From assembly GCF_009914755.1 (NCBI RefSeq), contig NC_060931.1: a stretch of 64,000 nucleotides of DNA; one strand, written 5' to 3'. The DNA comes from the human T2T-CHM13v2.0 reference genome, Homo sapiens. The stretch's first letter is position 1. Every line of letters begins with the position of its first letter. A program made the position numbers and the translations under genes. Below, piece after piece: positions 43,176 to 54,949 of this stretch. The notes beneath the pieces were generated by a model. It made no database searches. It was not told where the DNA came from and was given only the letters and a program-made list of their open reading frames with translations.

Positions 43176-43992
43176 CTCACACACAATAAAAAATATATAC
43201 CTGTTTAGCTCACCTTTGTTGCCATTTGGGAGAGTAATTATGTCTTATCCCCTCAGTATAGGAAACTCAGCACCACCTGAAAAACTGCCTAAGTCTTCTT
43301 TTTCCTTTTGTGACTAGTTATATTTTCCCACAAAAATGCTAATGTGAAATTAACTTTTATATTTGCTAAAACTACTAGAAACTAGAAATAAATCCTTAAA
43401 AAGTCAAGATATACTTTATGTTCCTCCAAAGTATAGGGGCATTTTTTAGCCTACCAGGTTTCAACTATTAATATTAACTTTCATCAGACTTTTTCCCCTA
43501 CAGGAATATTGAATGCAAGGTTCAATATGCCTTTGAGAACCATGTTTACATGTTGAAAATACTATTCAGAAGTTTATTTGATTTTAAAACTAATATTCAA
43601 CTCATTAAAGTTATAAATTTAAAAGTCCAGTTTTTCTTTGTGCATTTAACTTCAGTTTAAAAATCTCATTATTCTATTCTTATGTCTACCAAATTTTAAC
43701 AACTAATTTTAGAGGGCTTTATATAATGTTTGATCTCATTTATAACCTTAAACAACCTCAATATTTTAAACTGCACATATAAAATAAATGTATTCGATTT
43801 CTCTTTTATCTGACTCATCTAAGCAAATCTATTATGGAGCAATTTAGCTTATAAATGTAGTTATTCTAAATTTCCCTAAACATTTATACAGTATATATCA
43901 ACTCAGCAAGACTTCCACTAACAAGTTCAAGTCTAAATCAGTTAGTACAAACTTTGAATTGAAATCACAAGGTTAACCTGTCACTTAAAAAT

Positions 43993-46900
43993 ATTTATTT
44001 TATTGTAGTAAGAATGCTTAACATGGGTAGATCTCTACCCTCTTAATATATTTTTAAAGTACACAATACAGTATTATTAACTATAGGTACTATGTTGTAC
44101 AGCAGACCTATAGAACTTACTTACCTTCTATAACTGAAACTTTATGCCTGTTGATTGGCAACTCCCATTTCCCCTTCCCCTCAACTTCTGGTAACCACTA
44201 TTCTACTCTCCGACTCCATGAGTTTGATTATTTTAGATACTTCATATAAGTGCAATCATGAGCTACTTGTCCTTCTGTCACTGGCTTATTTCACTTAGCA
44301 TAAAGTTTTCAAATTTCATCCCTGTTGCTAAATGTTGCAAAATTTCTTCCTTTTTTAAGGCTGAATATTATTCCTCTGTATTATTAATAATTAATGCTAC
44401 ATTTCTTCATCCAGTCATCCACTAATGGACATTTAGGTTGTTTCCACAACTTTGGGTATTGTGAATAGTGCTGCAATTAATATAAAACTGCTAATAGCTC
44501 TTTGAAATCCTTATTTTCATATTTTAATTTTAAATTTTTTATTCATTTTAATTGACAAATACAAATTGTGTATATTTATCATGTACAACATGATATTTGA
44601 AATATGCATATATTTTAGAGTGGCTAAATTGAGCTAATTAATATAGACATCTCACATCCTTTTTTAAAGTGGTGAGAACACTTAAAATCTACTGTCTTAG
44701 CAATTTTCATGTTTTGAAATACATGTATTTTTATGCCTTGAAATACAATATATTGTTATTAACTATAGTCACCATGTTGTGCCACAGATCTCTTGAAATT
44801 ATTCCTCCTGTCTAACTAAACTTTGGTATCATTTAACCAACATCTCCCCAACAGCCTCCCCCAACCGTTACCATTCTACTCTCTTTAAGATCAACTTTTT
44901 TGGATTCCACATATCAGTGAGATCATGTGGTATTTGCCTGGCTTATTTCATTTAACCTAATGTCCTCCATGTTCATTCATGTTGTTGCAAATGACAGGAA
45001 TTTCCTTTTTTAAAAAGGCTGAATAGTATTCCATTGTGTATATATACCACATTTTCTTCACCTGTTCATCCTTGGCTATTGTGAATAATGCTTCACTGAA
45101 CATAGATGTGCAGATATCTCTTTGACATACTGACTCCATTTCCTTTGGTAGTACCCACTAATGCTTTTGCTGAGTCATATGGTAGTTCTATTTTTAATTT
45201 CTTTAAGAACCTCCATACTAGTTTCCCTAATAGCTGTACTAATTTACATTCCAATAGTATGCAAGGGTTCCCTTTTCATCATCCTTGCCAATGTTTACCT
45301 TTCATCTTTTTGATAATAGCCCTTCTCACAGGTGTAAATTCATAGCTCATTGTGGTTTTATTTGCATTTCTCTGATGATTCATGATGTTAAGCAATTTTA
45401 TCTGCTTGCCATTTGTATGTCCTCTTTTAAGAAATTTCTATTCGGGTCATTTGCCCATTTTTAATCAGATTATTTGTTTTCTTGCTATCAAATTGTTTGA
45501 GTTCCTCATATATTTTGGATATTAATCCCTTGTCAGATATATGATTTGCAAGTATTTTTTTTCCCACTCCATAAGTTGTCTCTCCTGTGTGTTGACTTTC
45601 TTTTTCTGTGCAAAAGCTTTTTAGTTTGATGCAACCCCAACTGTTCAGGTTGCTTTTGTGTTAATATCCAAACAGAAAAATCATTGCCCAGATCAATGTC
45701 ATAGGGTTTTTCCCTATGCTTCCTTCTAGTAGTTTTACAGTTTCAGATTGCACATTTAAAACTTTAATCTATTTTGAGTTGATTATTGTATACAGTGTGA
45801 GATAGGATCAAATTTACAATAACTACAAAAAATATTCAGGAATGAATGTAACCAAGGAGGTGAAAGACCTGTACACTGAAAACTTAATAGTTTTCAAAAA
45901 TAATTTCATGAAAAGTAATTTCATGAAAAATAATTTCATTTAAAAATTAAAGAAGACACAAATAAATGGAAAGATAACCCATGTCTATGAATTGGAAAAG
46001 ATAATATTGTTAAAATTTACATATTTCCCAAGGCAATCTACAGATTCAAACCAATCCTTGTCAAAATTCTAATGACACATTTTCATAGAAATAAAAAAAA
46101 ATCCTAAAATACGTATGAAACCCCCCAAAACCCCAAATAACCAAAGCGATCCTAAGCAAAAAGAACAAAGCTAGAAACATCACACTATCTAATTTCAAGA
46201 TATACTGAAAAGTTAAAGTAATCAAAACAGTATTGTACCAGCCTAAAAACAGACATATACACTGATGGAACAGACCAGAGAACACAGAAATAAATCCACT
46301 CATTTATGGCCAATTAATTTTGACAAAGATGCCAAGAACACACAATGCAGAAAGAACAGTCTCTTTAACAAATAGTGATGGAAAAACTTGATATGCACAC
46401 GCAGAGGATTGAAATTATACCCTAATTTCACTTCTTTTGGATAAATACTGAGAAGTGTGTTTACTGGATCATATGGTAGTTCTATTTTTAATTTTTTGAG
46501 AAACCTTCATACGGTCATAGAGACTATACTATTTTGCATTCCCACCAACAGTATACAAGGACTGCAATTTCTTCATGTTTTTGCCCATACTTATCTTTTT
46601 TTTTTTTGATAATAGTCATCCTAAGAGATGTGAGGTGACATCTAATTATGGTTTTGATTTGCATTTACCTGATGATTAGTGATGGACATTTTTTCATATA
46701 CCTGTGTTGCCCATTTGTATGCCTTCTTTGGAGAAATGTCTATTGAAGTTTTTAGCCCATTTTTAAACTGGATTAGTTTTTTTTTTTGTTATTGAGTTGT
46801 AGGAGTTCCTTATATATTTTGGGTATTTATGCCTTCTCAGATATATAGTTTACAAATATTTTCTTCCATTTCATAAGTTGCCTTTTGCTCTGTTGATTAT

Positions 46901-47960
46901 TTCCTTTGCTGTGCAGAAACTTTTTAGACTGATGTAATTACATTTGTCTGTTTTTTCTTTTGTTGCTGTGCTATTGGTGTCATATTTATAATCCTTGTCA
47001 ATACCAATGTCATGAAGCTTTTCTCCAACATTTTCTTCTATTAGTTTTACAGTATCAGTTCTTACGTTTAAGTCTTTAATCCATTTTGAGTTGATTTTTG
47101 TTTATGGTGTAAGCTAAGGGTCCAATTTCAGTCTTTTGTAGGTGGATACTCAGTGTTCCCAACACCATTTGTTGAAGAGGCTATCCTTTCCACATTGTGT
47201 TTTCTTCACATCCTTGTTGAAATTCAATTGGTCATATATGCATGGATTTATTTCTGGGCTCCCTATTCTGTTTCATTTGTCTATCTACTTGTCTTTATGC
47301 CAGTACTATTCTGGTTTAATTATTTTAGTTTTGTAATACATTTCAAAATCAGAAGGTGTGATGCCTCCAGCTTTGTTCTTTTTTCTCAAGGTTAATTTGG
47401 CTTTTCAGAGTCTTTTGTGGTTCCACAGGAATTTCAGAATTGCTTTTTCTATTTCTGCTAGAAAATTCCATTGAGATTTTGGTAGCAATTGCATTGAATC
47501 TGTCTATAACTTTGGGTAGTATAGAAATTTTAACAATATTAAATCTTCCAATTCATGAACACAGAATTTCTTTCCATTTTTGTGTGTATTTTAAAATATA
47601 TTTTATCAATATTTTCTCATTCTTAGTGTTAAAATATTTCCCCTCTTTAGTTAAGGTTATTTCTAAGATTTTCTTTTTGGTGTTATGTTATTTTAAACCA
47701 AATTATATTCCTAATTTCCTTGTCAGTGAGTTTTCTATGTATAAGATTATGTCCTCTGCAAACTGGGACAATTTACATCTTAATTTAGATTTTTTTAAAG
47801 ATTTTTTCTTCTTTTTATTGTGGGCATTTAGTGTTATAAACTTCTCTTTTATTACTGCTTTTGCAGCATCACATAAGTTTTCGTATGCGGTGTTTTCATT
47901 TTTGTCTCAACATATTTTCAAATTGCTCTTTTGATATTTTTCTTTGACCTAGTGTTTGAC
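43993..47960 (-). mobile_element. Old L1MA9/10-like element split at ~44520/46425 by a younger L1MA
   Basis: 3'UTR at 43993-44519 stops at CTCTTTGAAATCCTTATTTTCA and resumes at 46421 CCTAATTTCACTTCTTTTGGATAAATAC. Antisense ORF2 remnants continue to ~47760. Confidence 0.85.
44520..46424 (-). mobile_element. Nested L1MA with 5' inversion (minus 44520-45815, plus 45816-46424)
   Basis: Poly(T)-like start, antisense 3'UTR and ORF2, then an orientation switch at ~45815 to sense ORF2 ending GCAGAGGATTGAAATTATACCC. Confidence 0.85.
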
Positions 47961-48980
47961 ATTACTGTTAAACAATCTTATGTTGGAAGCAAGAAATGTT
48001 TCTAAATAACTCTTACTTTTTAAAGAATATTAAGAATTATAGAATGGTGCCTCAGTGTCAGGTTAGTTTTAACTAATATGGTTAATTTTGTTAGTTTTGG
48101 TTTTGTTGGTTTTCTCTCTTGCTCTTTCTCTCTCTCATTCCTTATTTCACTGATTTCTATTTGAAACACTTGTCCCTTTGTGATATGTGTTTGATGAGTT
48201 ATTTTAGAACATTCGATTCTGCTATAGAACGTGGAAAGTGAAAAAGAAGTATGAATAACAAGTAGTTAGTAAACTGTGAGATATATTAGACATAGAATGA
48301 GTTGAATACAGCAGATGTGTGTTTAACATAGACTTAAATCTTCTACCCCTGGTGACACCTATTCTACTTCTTGTGTCCTTTGCCCAAGAAGTGCAGATAA
48401 AACCCATAGTTGATAATAATTAGAAAGCTCAACAGTAGCCACAAGTACTTGTCCCTGCAACTCCTTGATAGAGTAAGTACCATATGTTGGCTCTAGTCAC
48501 CTTTCATACCCTGTATCCCATTGCTCAGACCTCAACTCTGGTTTCTCACATCCACATCTTCAGCAGGGAATACGTGATTAGAGAGGACATGTGAACACTG
48601 TACCCAAGGATTCACGTACTGTGGCTATACCATCATGCTAATGCCCTATCCTAAGTGTGCTAACCTACCTCATCTCCTTCCCAAAGCTTCCCACTAAGTG
48701 TTTTCAATTGCTTAAGTAAACTGTGTGACTTGAGCATCTTAATTTAGTCTGTGAGCCTTTCTAGGATAGCTTGCTTGAAAATATACTTGGAGGTTATTTT
48801 TACATGAAGGTAATGTCTCATACGACATTACCCTTCTTGTGTTTTTGCTTTTACTCTGTTGCTCACTTTCTGATTTCTTCTTAAAGGTATCTAAAGTTTA
48901 AGCTTCCTTCTAGGAACTGCTCTAGGCATGTTCCATAAATTTAGAGATGTAATGGTTTCTTTATTGAAGTAGTATTAATA

Positions 48981-49302
48981 CAGTTGGCCCTCCATAGTTG
49001 TGGATTCCACACCTGCAGATTGAACCAACTATGGATGAAAAATATGTTTAAAAGACAGTACAATTAACAATATGATTGAAAAAATACAAATGAAAAATAT
49101 ATTATAATAACTATTTATGTATTATTTATGCTGTATTAGGTATTATAAGTAATCTAGAGATAATTTAAAGTATATGAAAGGATGTATGTAGATTGTATGC
49201 AAATACAGCTCCATTTTATATAAGGAACTTTAGCATCCTTGGATTTTGGTATGAGGGAGGGGTTCTAGAACCAATCTCCTGGTGGACATCCAGGGACAAC
49301 TG
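48981..49302. mobile_element. Tigger3-family non-autonomous DNA transposon
   Basis: Terminal inverted repeats CAGTTGGCCCT / AGGGACAACTG. TA duplications at 48979-48980 and 49303-49304. Confidence 0.9.
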
Positions 49303-49491
49303 TAGGTAAAACTAATATGTTGCTGGTATAAGATCGGTACCATTCTCTAATTCTTACTATCCTATTAAAAGCAAGGATTATTTAGATATGTTTATTGCCT
49401 CCAACATCGGATTGCTTAGGCTGCAATTTTGCTATTAATTTCTATTTTTTTGCATTATGATCAGAGATCTTTGGCATGGTATTCATTCTTT

Positions 49492-49581
49492 TCTTTTTTG
49501 TTTTTTAATTTTATGTTTATTGTGGCACTATTCACAACAGCAAAGACTTGGAACCAACCCAAATGTCCAACAATGATAGAC
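49492..49581 (-). mobile_element. ~90-bp L1PA micro-insertion (T-tract plus inverted ORF2 fragment)
   Basis: TSD TGGTATT(C/A)ATTCTTT at 49477-49491 and 49582-49596. Bases 49512-49584 match L1 at ~1496-1568 and ~12031-12103 of this window. Confidence 0.88.
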
Positions 49582-49966
49582 TGGTATTAATTCTTTAGAA
49601 TTAATGGAGATTGTCTTTAGGATCTTAAACATGGCTTTTTAGTAAACATTCTCTGCATATTTAAAAGAATGCATGTTTCATGTTTGTTGAGTATAGTGTT
49701 TGGTATATTTTTAATTGCTTGAGATTGAATGTTGTATTTTTCAGGTATTTTACCATACTGCTAATATTTTATTTGTTTGATCTAGCATATGTGTTAAAGT
49801 CCTCAATTACAACTGATAAATCATCTGTAGGGTCTGAATGTTTGTGTTCTCTGAAAATTCATATGTTAAAACTTAATCCCCAATGTGACAGTATTAAGAG
49901 GTGGGGCCTTTCGGGGAGTGATTAAGTCATGAGTGTGCCTCCCTCATGAATGGAATTTGTGCTCTT

Positions 49967-50069
49967 TTTTTTTTAATTTTTTTATTATACTTTAAGGTTT
50001 AGGGTACATGTGCACATTGTGCAGGTTAGTTACATATGTATACATGTGCCATGCTGGTGCGCTGCACCC
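49967..50069 (-). mobile_element. 103-bp young L1 3' end (L1PA2/L1HS-like)
   Basis: Antisense L1 3' terminus with GGTGCGCTGCACCC. Perfect 14-bp TSD GAATTTGTGCTCTT at 49953-49966 and 50070-50083. Confidence 0.93.
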
Positions 50070-50099
50070 GAATTTGTGCTCTTATAAAAGAGGCCTGAG

Positions 50100-50240
50100 A
50101 TCCCAGCTACTCAGGAGGCTGCAGCAGGAGAATCACTTGAACCCAGGAGGCGGAGGTTGCAGGAGCCAAGATCACACCACTGCACTCCAGCCTGGGAGAC
50201 ACAGCAAGACTTCATCTCAATAAATAAATAAACAAATAAC
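50100..50240 (+). mobile_element. 5'-truncated Alu (right arm only)
   Basis: ATCCCAGCTACTCAGGAGG…CATCTC plus (TAAA)n tail, flanked by AGGCCTGA on both sides. Confidence 0.92.
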
Positions 50241-50487
50241 TAGGCCTGACGAAGCTCCCTTACCTTCTTCCACCATGGGAAGACAAATAGAATGTACCTT
50301 CTTTGAGGAACAGGCCCTCACCAGACACCAAATCTGCTGGTGCCTTTGTCTTGGACATGCCAGCCTCTGGAACTGTGGGCAATCAACTTCTGTCTAAATT
50401 ACCCAGTCTAAGGTTTGTTGTTACAGCAGCCTGAATGTATCAATATGCTACTCTTTATGATATTTTTTTGTCTTAAATTCTATTTAG

Positions 50488-50780
50488 GGCCAGCGCGGTG
50501 GCTCACTCCTGTAATTCCAGCACTTTGGGAGGCCGAGGAGGGTGGATCACCTGAGGTCGGGAGTTCGAGACCAGCCTGACCAACATGGAGAAACCCCATC
50601 TGTACTAAAAATACAAAAAAATTAGCCAGGTGTGGTGGTGCATGCATGTAATCCCAGCTACTCAGGAGGCTGAGGCAGGAGAATCGCTTGAACTGGGAGG
50701 TGGAGGTTGCCGTGAGCCAAAATCGCGCCAATGCACTCCAGCCTGGGCAATAAGAGTGAAACTCCATCTCAACAACAAAA
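50488..50780 (+). mobile_element. Alu (AluSp-like)
   Basis: Full dimer with GTCGGGAGTT…CTGACCAACATGGAGAAACCCC. TSD AAATTCTATTTAG at 50475-50487 and 50781-50793. Confidence 0.95.
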
Positions 50781-52289
50781 AAATTCTATTTAGTCAGATA
50801 TTAAGAGAGAACTTCCAATTTATTTTGGTTCATATTTCCCCAGCATAACTTTTCCCATTCATTTTTAATCTTTTGTTTTCCTTTTGTCTTACATATATCT
50901 CTTATTGCCTGTTGTGCTTTGTGTCTTATGTGCATCTCTTGTTGTCTGTGGGGTTTTGCTTTTTTTTTTCCCATTAAGAGAATCTCTGTTTCTAATTGGC
51001 GACTATGATCACCTTATTATAAATGTTATATGAAGACTTATTTCACACATCTTAAGACCCATACTCATTAACTTACCCATATTGCTTTTTAATTACCAAA
51101 CCTCTGTCTTTCTCCTAAAAAAGAGAATCTTTATCCTGCTCTCAGATCATGATTTCTTCTTGCCCTAATCTTGTCAACATTAACAAAATTTTAGCTTGGG
51201 GCATTTATTTGGCCATTTTGGAGTTATTGCTAGTTGAGGTCTTTTGTCTTTAACCATACAGAGTGTTAAAACATATTTCTGTGAATATGTCCCCTTCTCC
51301 ATTTTCTTTTGTGTCTTTCTGATACTCCTACTGTTGATATTGGTAATTCCATTTCTATATCTCTTGGTTTTTCTTTTCTGCTTTCTATGTCTTTATTCTT
51401 TCCTGTTTCCTCTGAGATTTCCAATCTAGTTTTTAACTCACTAATTAATTTTTAAGTGGTGTCTAAATTATCACGTGTTACTTATTTCAACTATTCTGTA
51501 TAGTGTTACTTCAGGTATTGCATTTTTATAACCAGTAGTCCCACTGGCTTCCTTTTTTCTGTTGTTTCTTTTTAAATTAATTACTAATTATTGACATGCA
51601 TGTGTCCTCTCTGCTTCTATAGTTTGTCCAAGGTTGGTAACCAGAGAGGGAACTAGCACCCTAACCAGTTTGCTATCTTGGCTGTCCCTCATGTTCCTCA
51701 GTGTCTCTTCTTTCTTGTCTCTCTGCCTTTTTTCATCATCTGGTGCATAGTTGAATGGGTGAATGATATTCATAATCTTCATTATCCTACCTATTCAGAC
51801 CCCAGTTCTCGAAACTGATAAGTGGAAATCCTGCTAGCAACAGTATTAAGTGCAGCCCTGACTACTTATATGTAGCTTTTTTGCAGGCCTGAAATTAGGA
51901 CTGGTGTGTCCATTGAGAAACCATGGAAAGTTTCCCAAAACATGTTTTGTCTCTTAAATATCTGCACAAAGACGACATTCAAAGTATAGAAGCTGCAAAC
52001 TAGTGTTGTGTTTGAAAAACTCTCTGGCTAAAAATAAAAATCACCACTATGGAAAGAAACTCTTGAAACTACAGAAAAATAAATTTCATCTGAAGATCCC
52101 TTTTGGTTGAAGGAATCTATGGACATTCAATTAAGTTAATTTTGGACCAAAAAGATACATGTTGTGAATTATCTCTCTTCTCTTAACCTATGAGAACTTA
52201 CTATGTAATATTTTTTAGAGCTAAAAAACGGGAACAGCCTTACCCGTGAGAGGCTGGCTGGTACAGTAGGACCACCAAGATGGCAATTT

Positions 52290-52510
52290 AAAAAGCAGAG
52301 CCTTTGGGTATCCTTGATTCAAATCCTAGCTCAGCTACTTACTAACTGTGTGATCGTGGTAGACAATTTATTCAATTTCTCTTCCATGTAATTTTCTCAT
52401 CACTCAAATGGGCATAAAGAGAGGATTCATAATGTTATAAAGAGTAGGTGAGCTAATGTCTATTGGTCTATTATATTGAGTACGGTGTTTTAATGATTAA
52501 TGTTTATCTC
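52290..52510 (+). mobile_element. MIR
   Basis: TTCAAATCCTAGCTCAGCTACTTACTAACTGTGTGA…TTTTCTCATC. Confidence 0.7.
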
Positions 52511-54949
52511 TTTCTCTTTCTTCTTAAATTATCTCTCTATTAAAGGGATGCTCTCAACATCTTTAAGCTCACAATATTCCTCTCCTGAGGAGAGCATATA
52601 GAAGTTGCAATGCATGAGTGCAGTGAAGAAGGGACTACATCCTGAGAAATGCTTGCTGCACAGAGACTAGCCACCGATTCTGCTGTGCAGAGATTTCAGG
52701 AGTTTACAGCTGGTTCTATGTTTAGTTGTATGGCCTCTGTATGAGAGACCAGTGTGCTAGCTTTAATCAGCCAGTCTGGCAGGTTTGGATGGAGACAGAT
52801 TTCTCAATCTTTTCTGATTTTTTTTTCATTAAAGACATCTCAACTGGTTGTATTGAATTTCTATTAGGCACTTCACCTGCAAGACTCTGAGATTTTATTG
52901 GAGGCAAAATTCTCCAAATTAAAATAACAGGTCTCTTAAGCAAAAGAGACTGTAGTGACATGAGGTGACATTGCTGGTCAATAGGTGAAGAGGGATGGCA
53001 TAGCTTGTGTCTCATTGGAAGGATTTCTGGGAAAACTAGATAGAAGGCATTGAATTTCTGTAAATGGAAAATGGGCATTGATTAGTGACTTAAGAGACTG
53101 GCTGACCAATGCTTCAGATAATAGAAAATCTCTGAAAATTGTCAGAGATGCTTGCTAATCTGAATGGAGGAAGATATGATATTAGAAAATCTTCCTGTTC
53201 TTTTTTGGTTACAGTTTCAATGACTGTGTTTTCTTTCCTTCAATGCTTCATATTATTCAGAGATATTAAAAAATGTTAATTTCACGTCCAGAAGAAAAAA
53301 AATCAGAAATAGTTAGTTCTTAATTTGCAAATGTTGCTTCTCTATCTTCCTTTGCCCTCACATGCACATATTATCATCCTTTTCTGCATGTTTCCAGTTA
53401 TTGTTTCCTGTAACCTCCTGCTTGATACGAGTTATTAGTTCAGTAAATCAACTTTCATAAGCTTAAGTTAGGAATGTCATCTTGTTTACTCTGTCAAAAT
53501 AGCAAATAGAATTTCCTGCTTTTACTTGATTGCTCTTCTAAATATGGATTCTGATCTACCCTCTTCATAAATAATTTCATTTTAAACCCAAAAGTGTTAA
53601 CTCCTGTGATAACTAGTTAAGCTGTAATCTAACCAATGAAAGAACCACCATTGTAGACCTTGTTGTCAAGAAAGTGAATCCTGCTTGAGACTTTGTCCTG
53701 AGATCTTGTTCTGAGAATGTTTCTTACAACTAGAGCTCTTATGTCCAGTGTTAATGAGGAGGGAAGATCACACTCAGCTACCACCTCCAGCCACATGTGT
53801 CACTTTGCTCTTCCACCCCCAAGATATCAGTGGTTATGGTTTTAGGGTAATGGTTCACTTAGCAGGTTTTGATTTTTACCCCTGCACCAAAAAGAAGCAG
53901 TCCCTACTGTAAAGAACGTTTGCCTTGATAACTACCATTAATAAATATTTGTTATATAGCAGGATGGAAGGCATATGAAACATCTGTTGAATCGATGTTT
54001 AATGAACGAAGTAATGAATGAGAATGATTGTAGCTCAAGGATGATAGCATTTTTGTCATGTTTTTTCCAACATTTTCCCCTGCAGTAACTGTAATATTCA
54101 TTTGCACCTAAAGGCCTGTTTTGGATCAAAAAATAGGAGTCAAAGCAAAAGGGAAGCTGACCGTCTGAGTACAAACTTATCTCTTGAGGAATCATGTTTT
54201 ATGGTATGATGCGAAATATTGTTTTTGTTCCTCAAGATCACAATGATAATATCTATCGGTATTCCCCGTGGAATGTAAGGGAAAGATGTAATCCTTACAT
54301 ATCCTTTTGGAAGAAGTTTCCCAGATCTCATGAGGCCACAATTTTGGATGTTCTCACGTAATGAGAAGAATCTACAAATTGCGCCTCTTCCCCTTTTTAG
54401 TCCATCAGAGTTCTCATTTAATCCTCATTTTTTCCATTTCATGCTTTCCAGATCTGAAAATCCTTCCAATGGTGGGCTTTATGCATTCTAATGATAGTTA
54501 ATTGGTTGCCTTTCGTCTAGCCTTAGTCTCTCTTCCAAACTATATTAAAAGCCAATGATTGATTGTAACAATTCTAAGGATCTGATGTGATATTGGACAG
54601 ATCAAGTCTGGTCCCAGAATAATGAATAAAAAAACAAGAACAATAAAAGGATATAATACTTTCTTACACTTGATTTCTTTGCTGTGCTTCCTAAACCTAT
54701 GCAATATTGATTGACACTGGTGTGTGGTTTTGTGTTATCAAGGGCATGAGAACAGTGTCACTGAATTTACAATCAAATTGAGACTAAAGATGTTTGTACT
54801 AATAAAGATAATAACCTTGATATTTTTGTGTATGGTTTCTAACCTATGCTTTTAGATTATCTTTCCCACTCCTACAGTACAAATGAGATGGGATGGTAGC
54901 AGCCCATGGCTGAAATCAAAAACAGCATGGAATGAGCAGGAGACGAGAT

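Larger units (their letters stand above)
49826..50437 (+). mobile_element. MLT1A/MST-like LTR carrying two later insertions
   Basis: GGTCTGAATGTTTGTG…AATTCATATGTT…GTATTAAGAGGTGGGGCCTTT…GGCCCTCACCAGACACCAAATCTGCTGG…AAATTACCCAGTCT. Confidence 0.85.

Noticed and set aside
47440-47934. 164-aa hydrophobic ORF resembling a membrane protein
   Set aside because: T-rich antisense strand of L1 ORF2, a compositional artefact.
54182-54300. Two short inverted repeats (10-bp and 8-bp arms) downstream of CALCR, considered as a pre-miRNA or terminator-like structure
   Set aside because: Arms are too short and loops poorly paired. Compatible with chance in AT-rich DNA.
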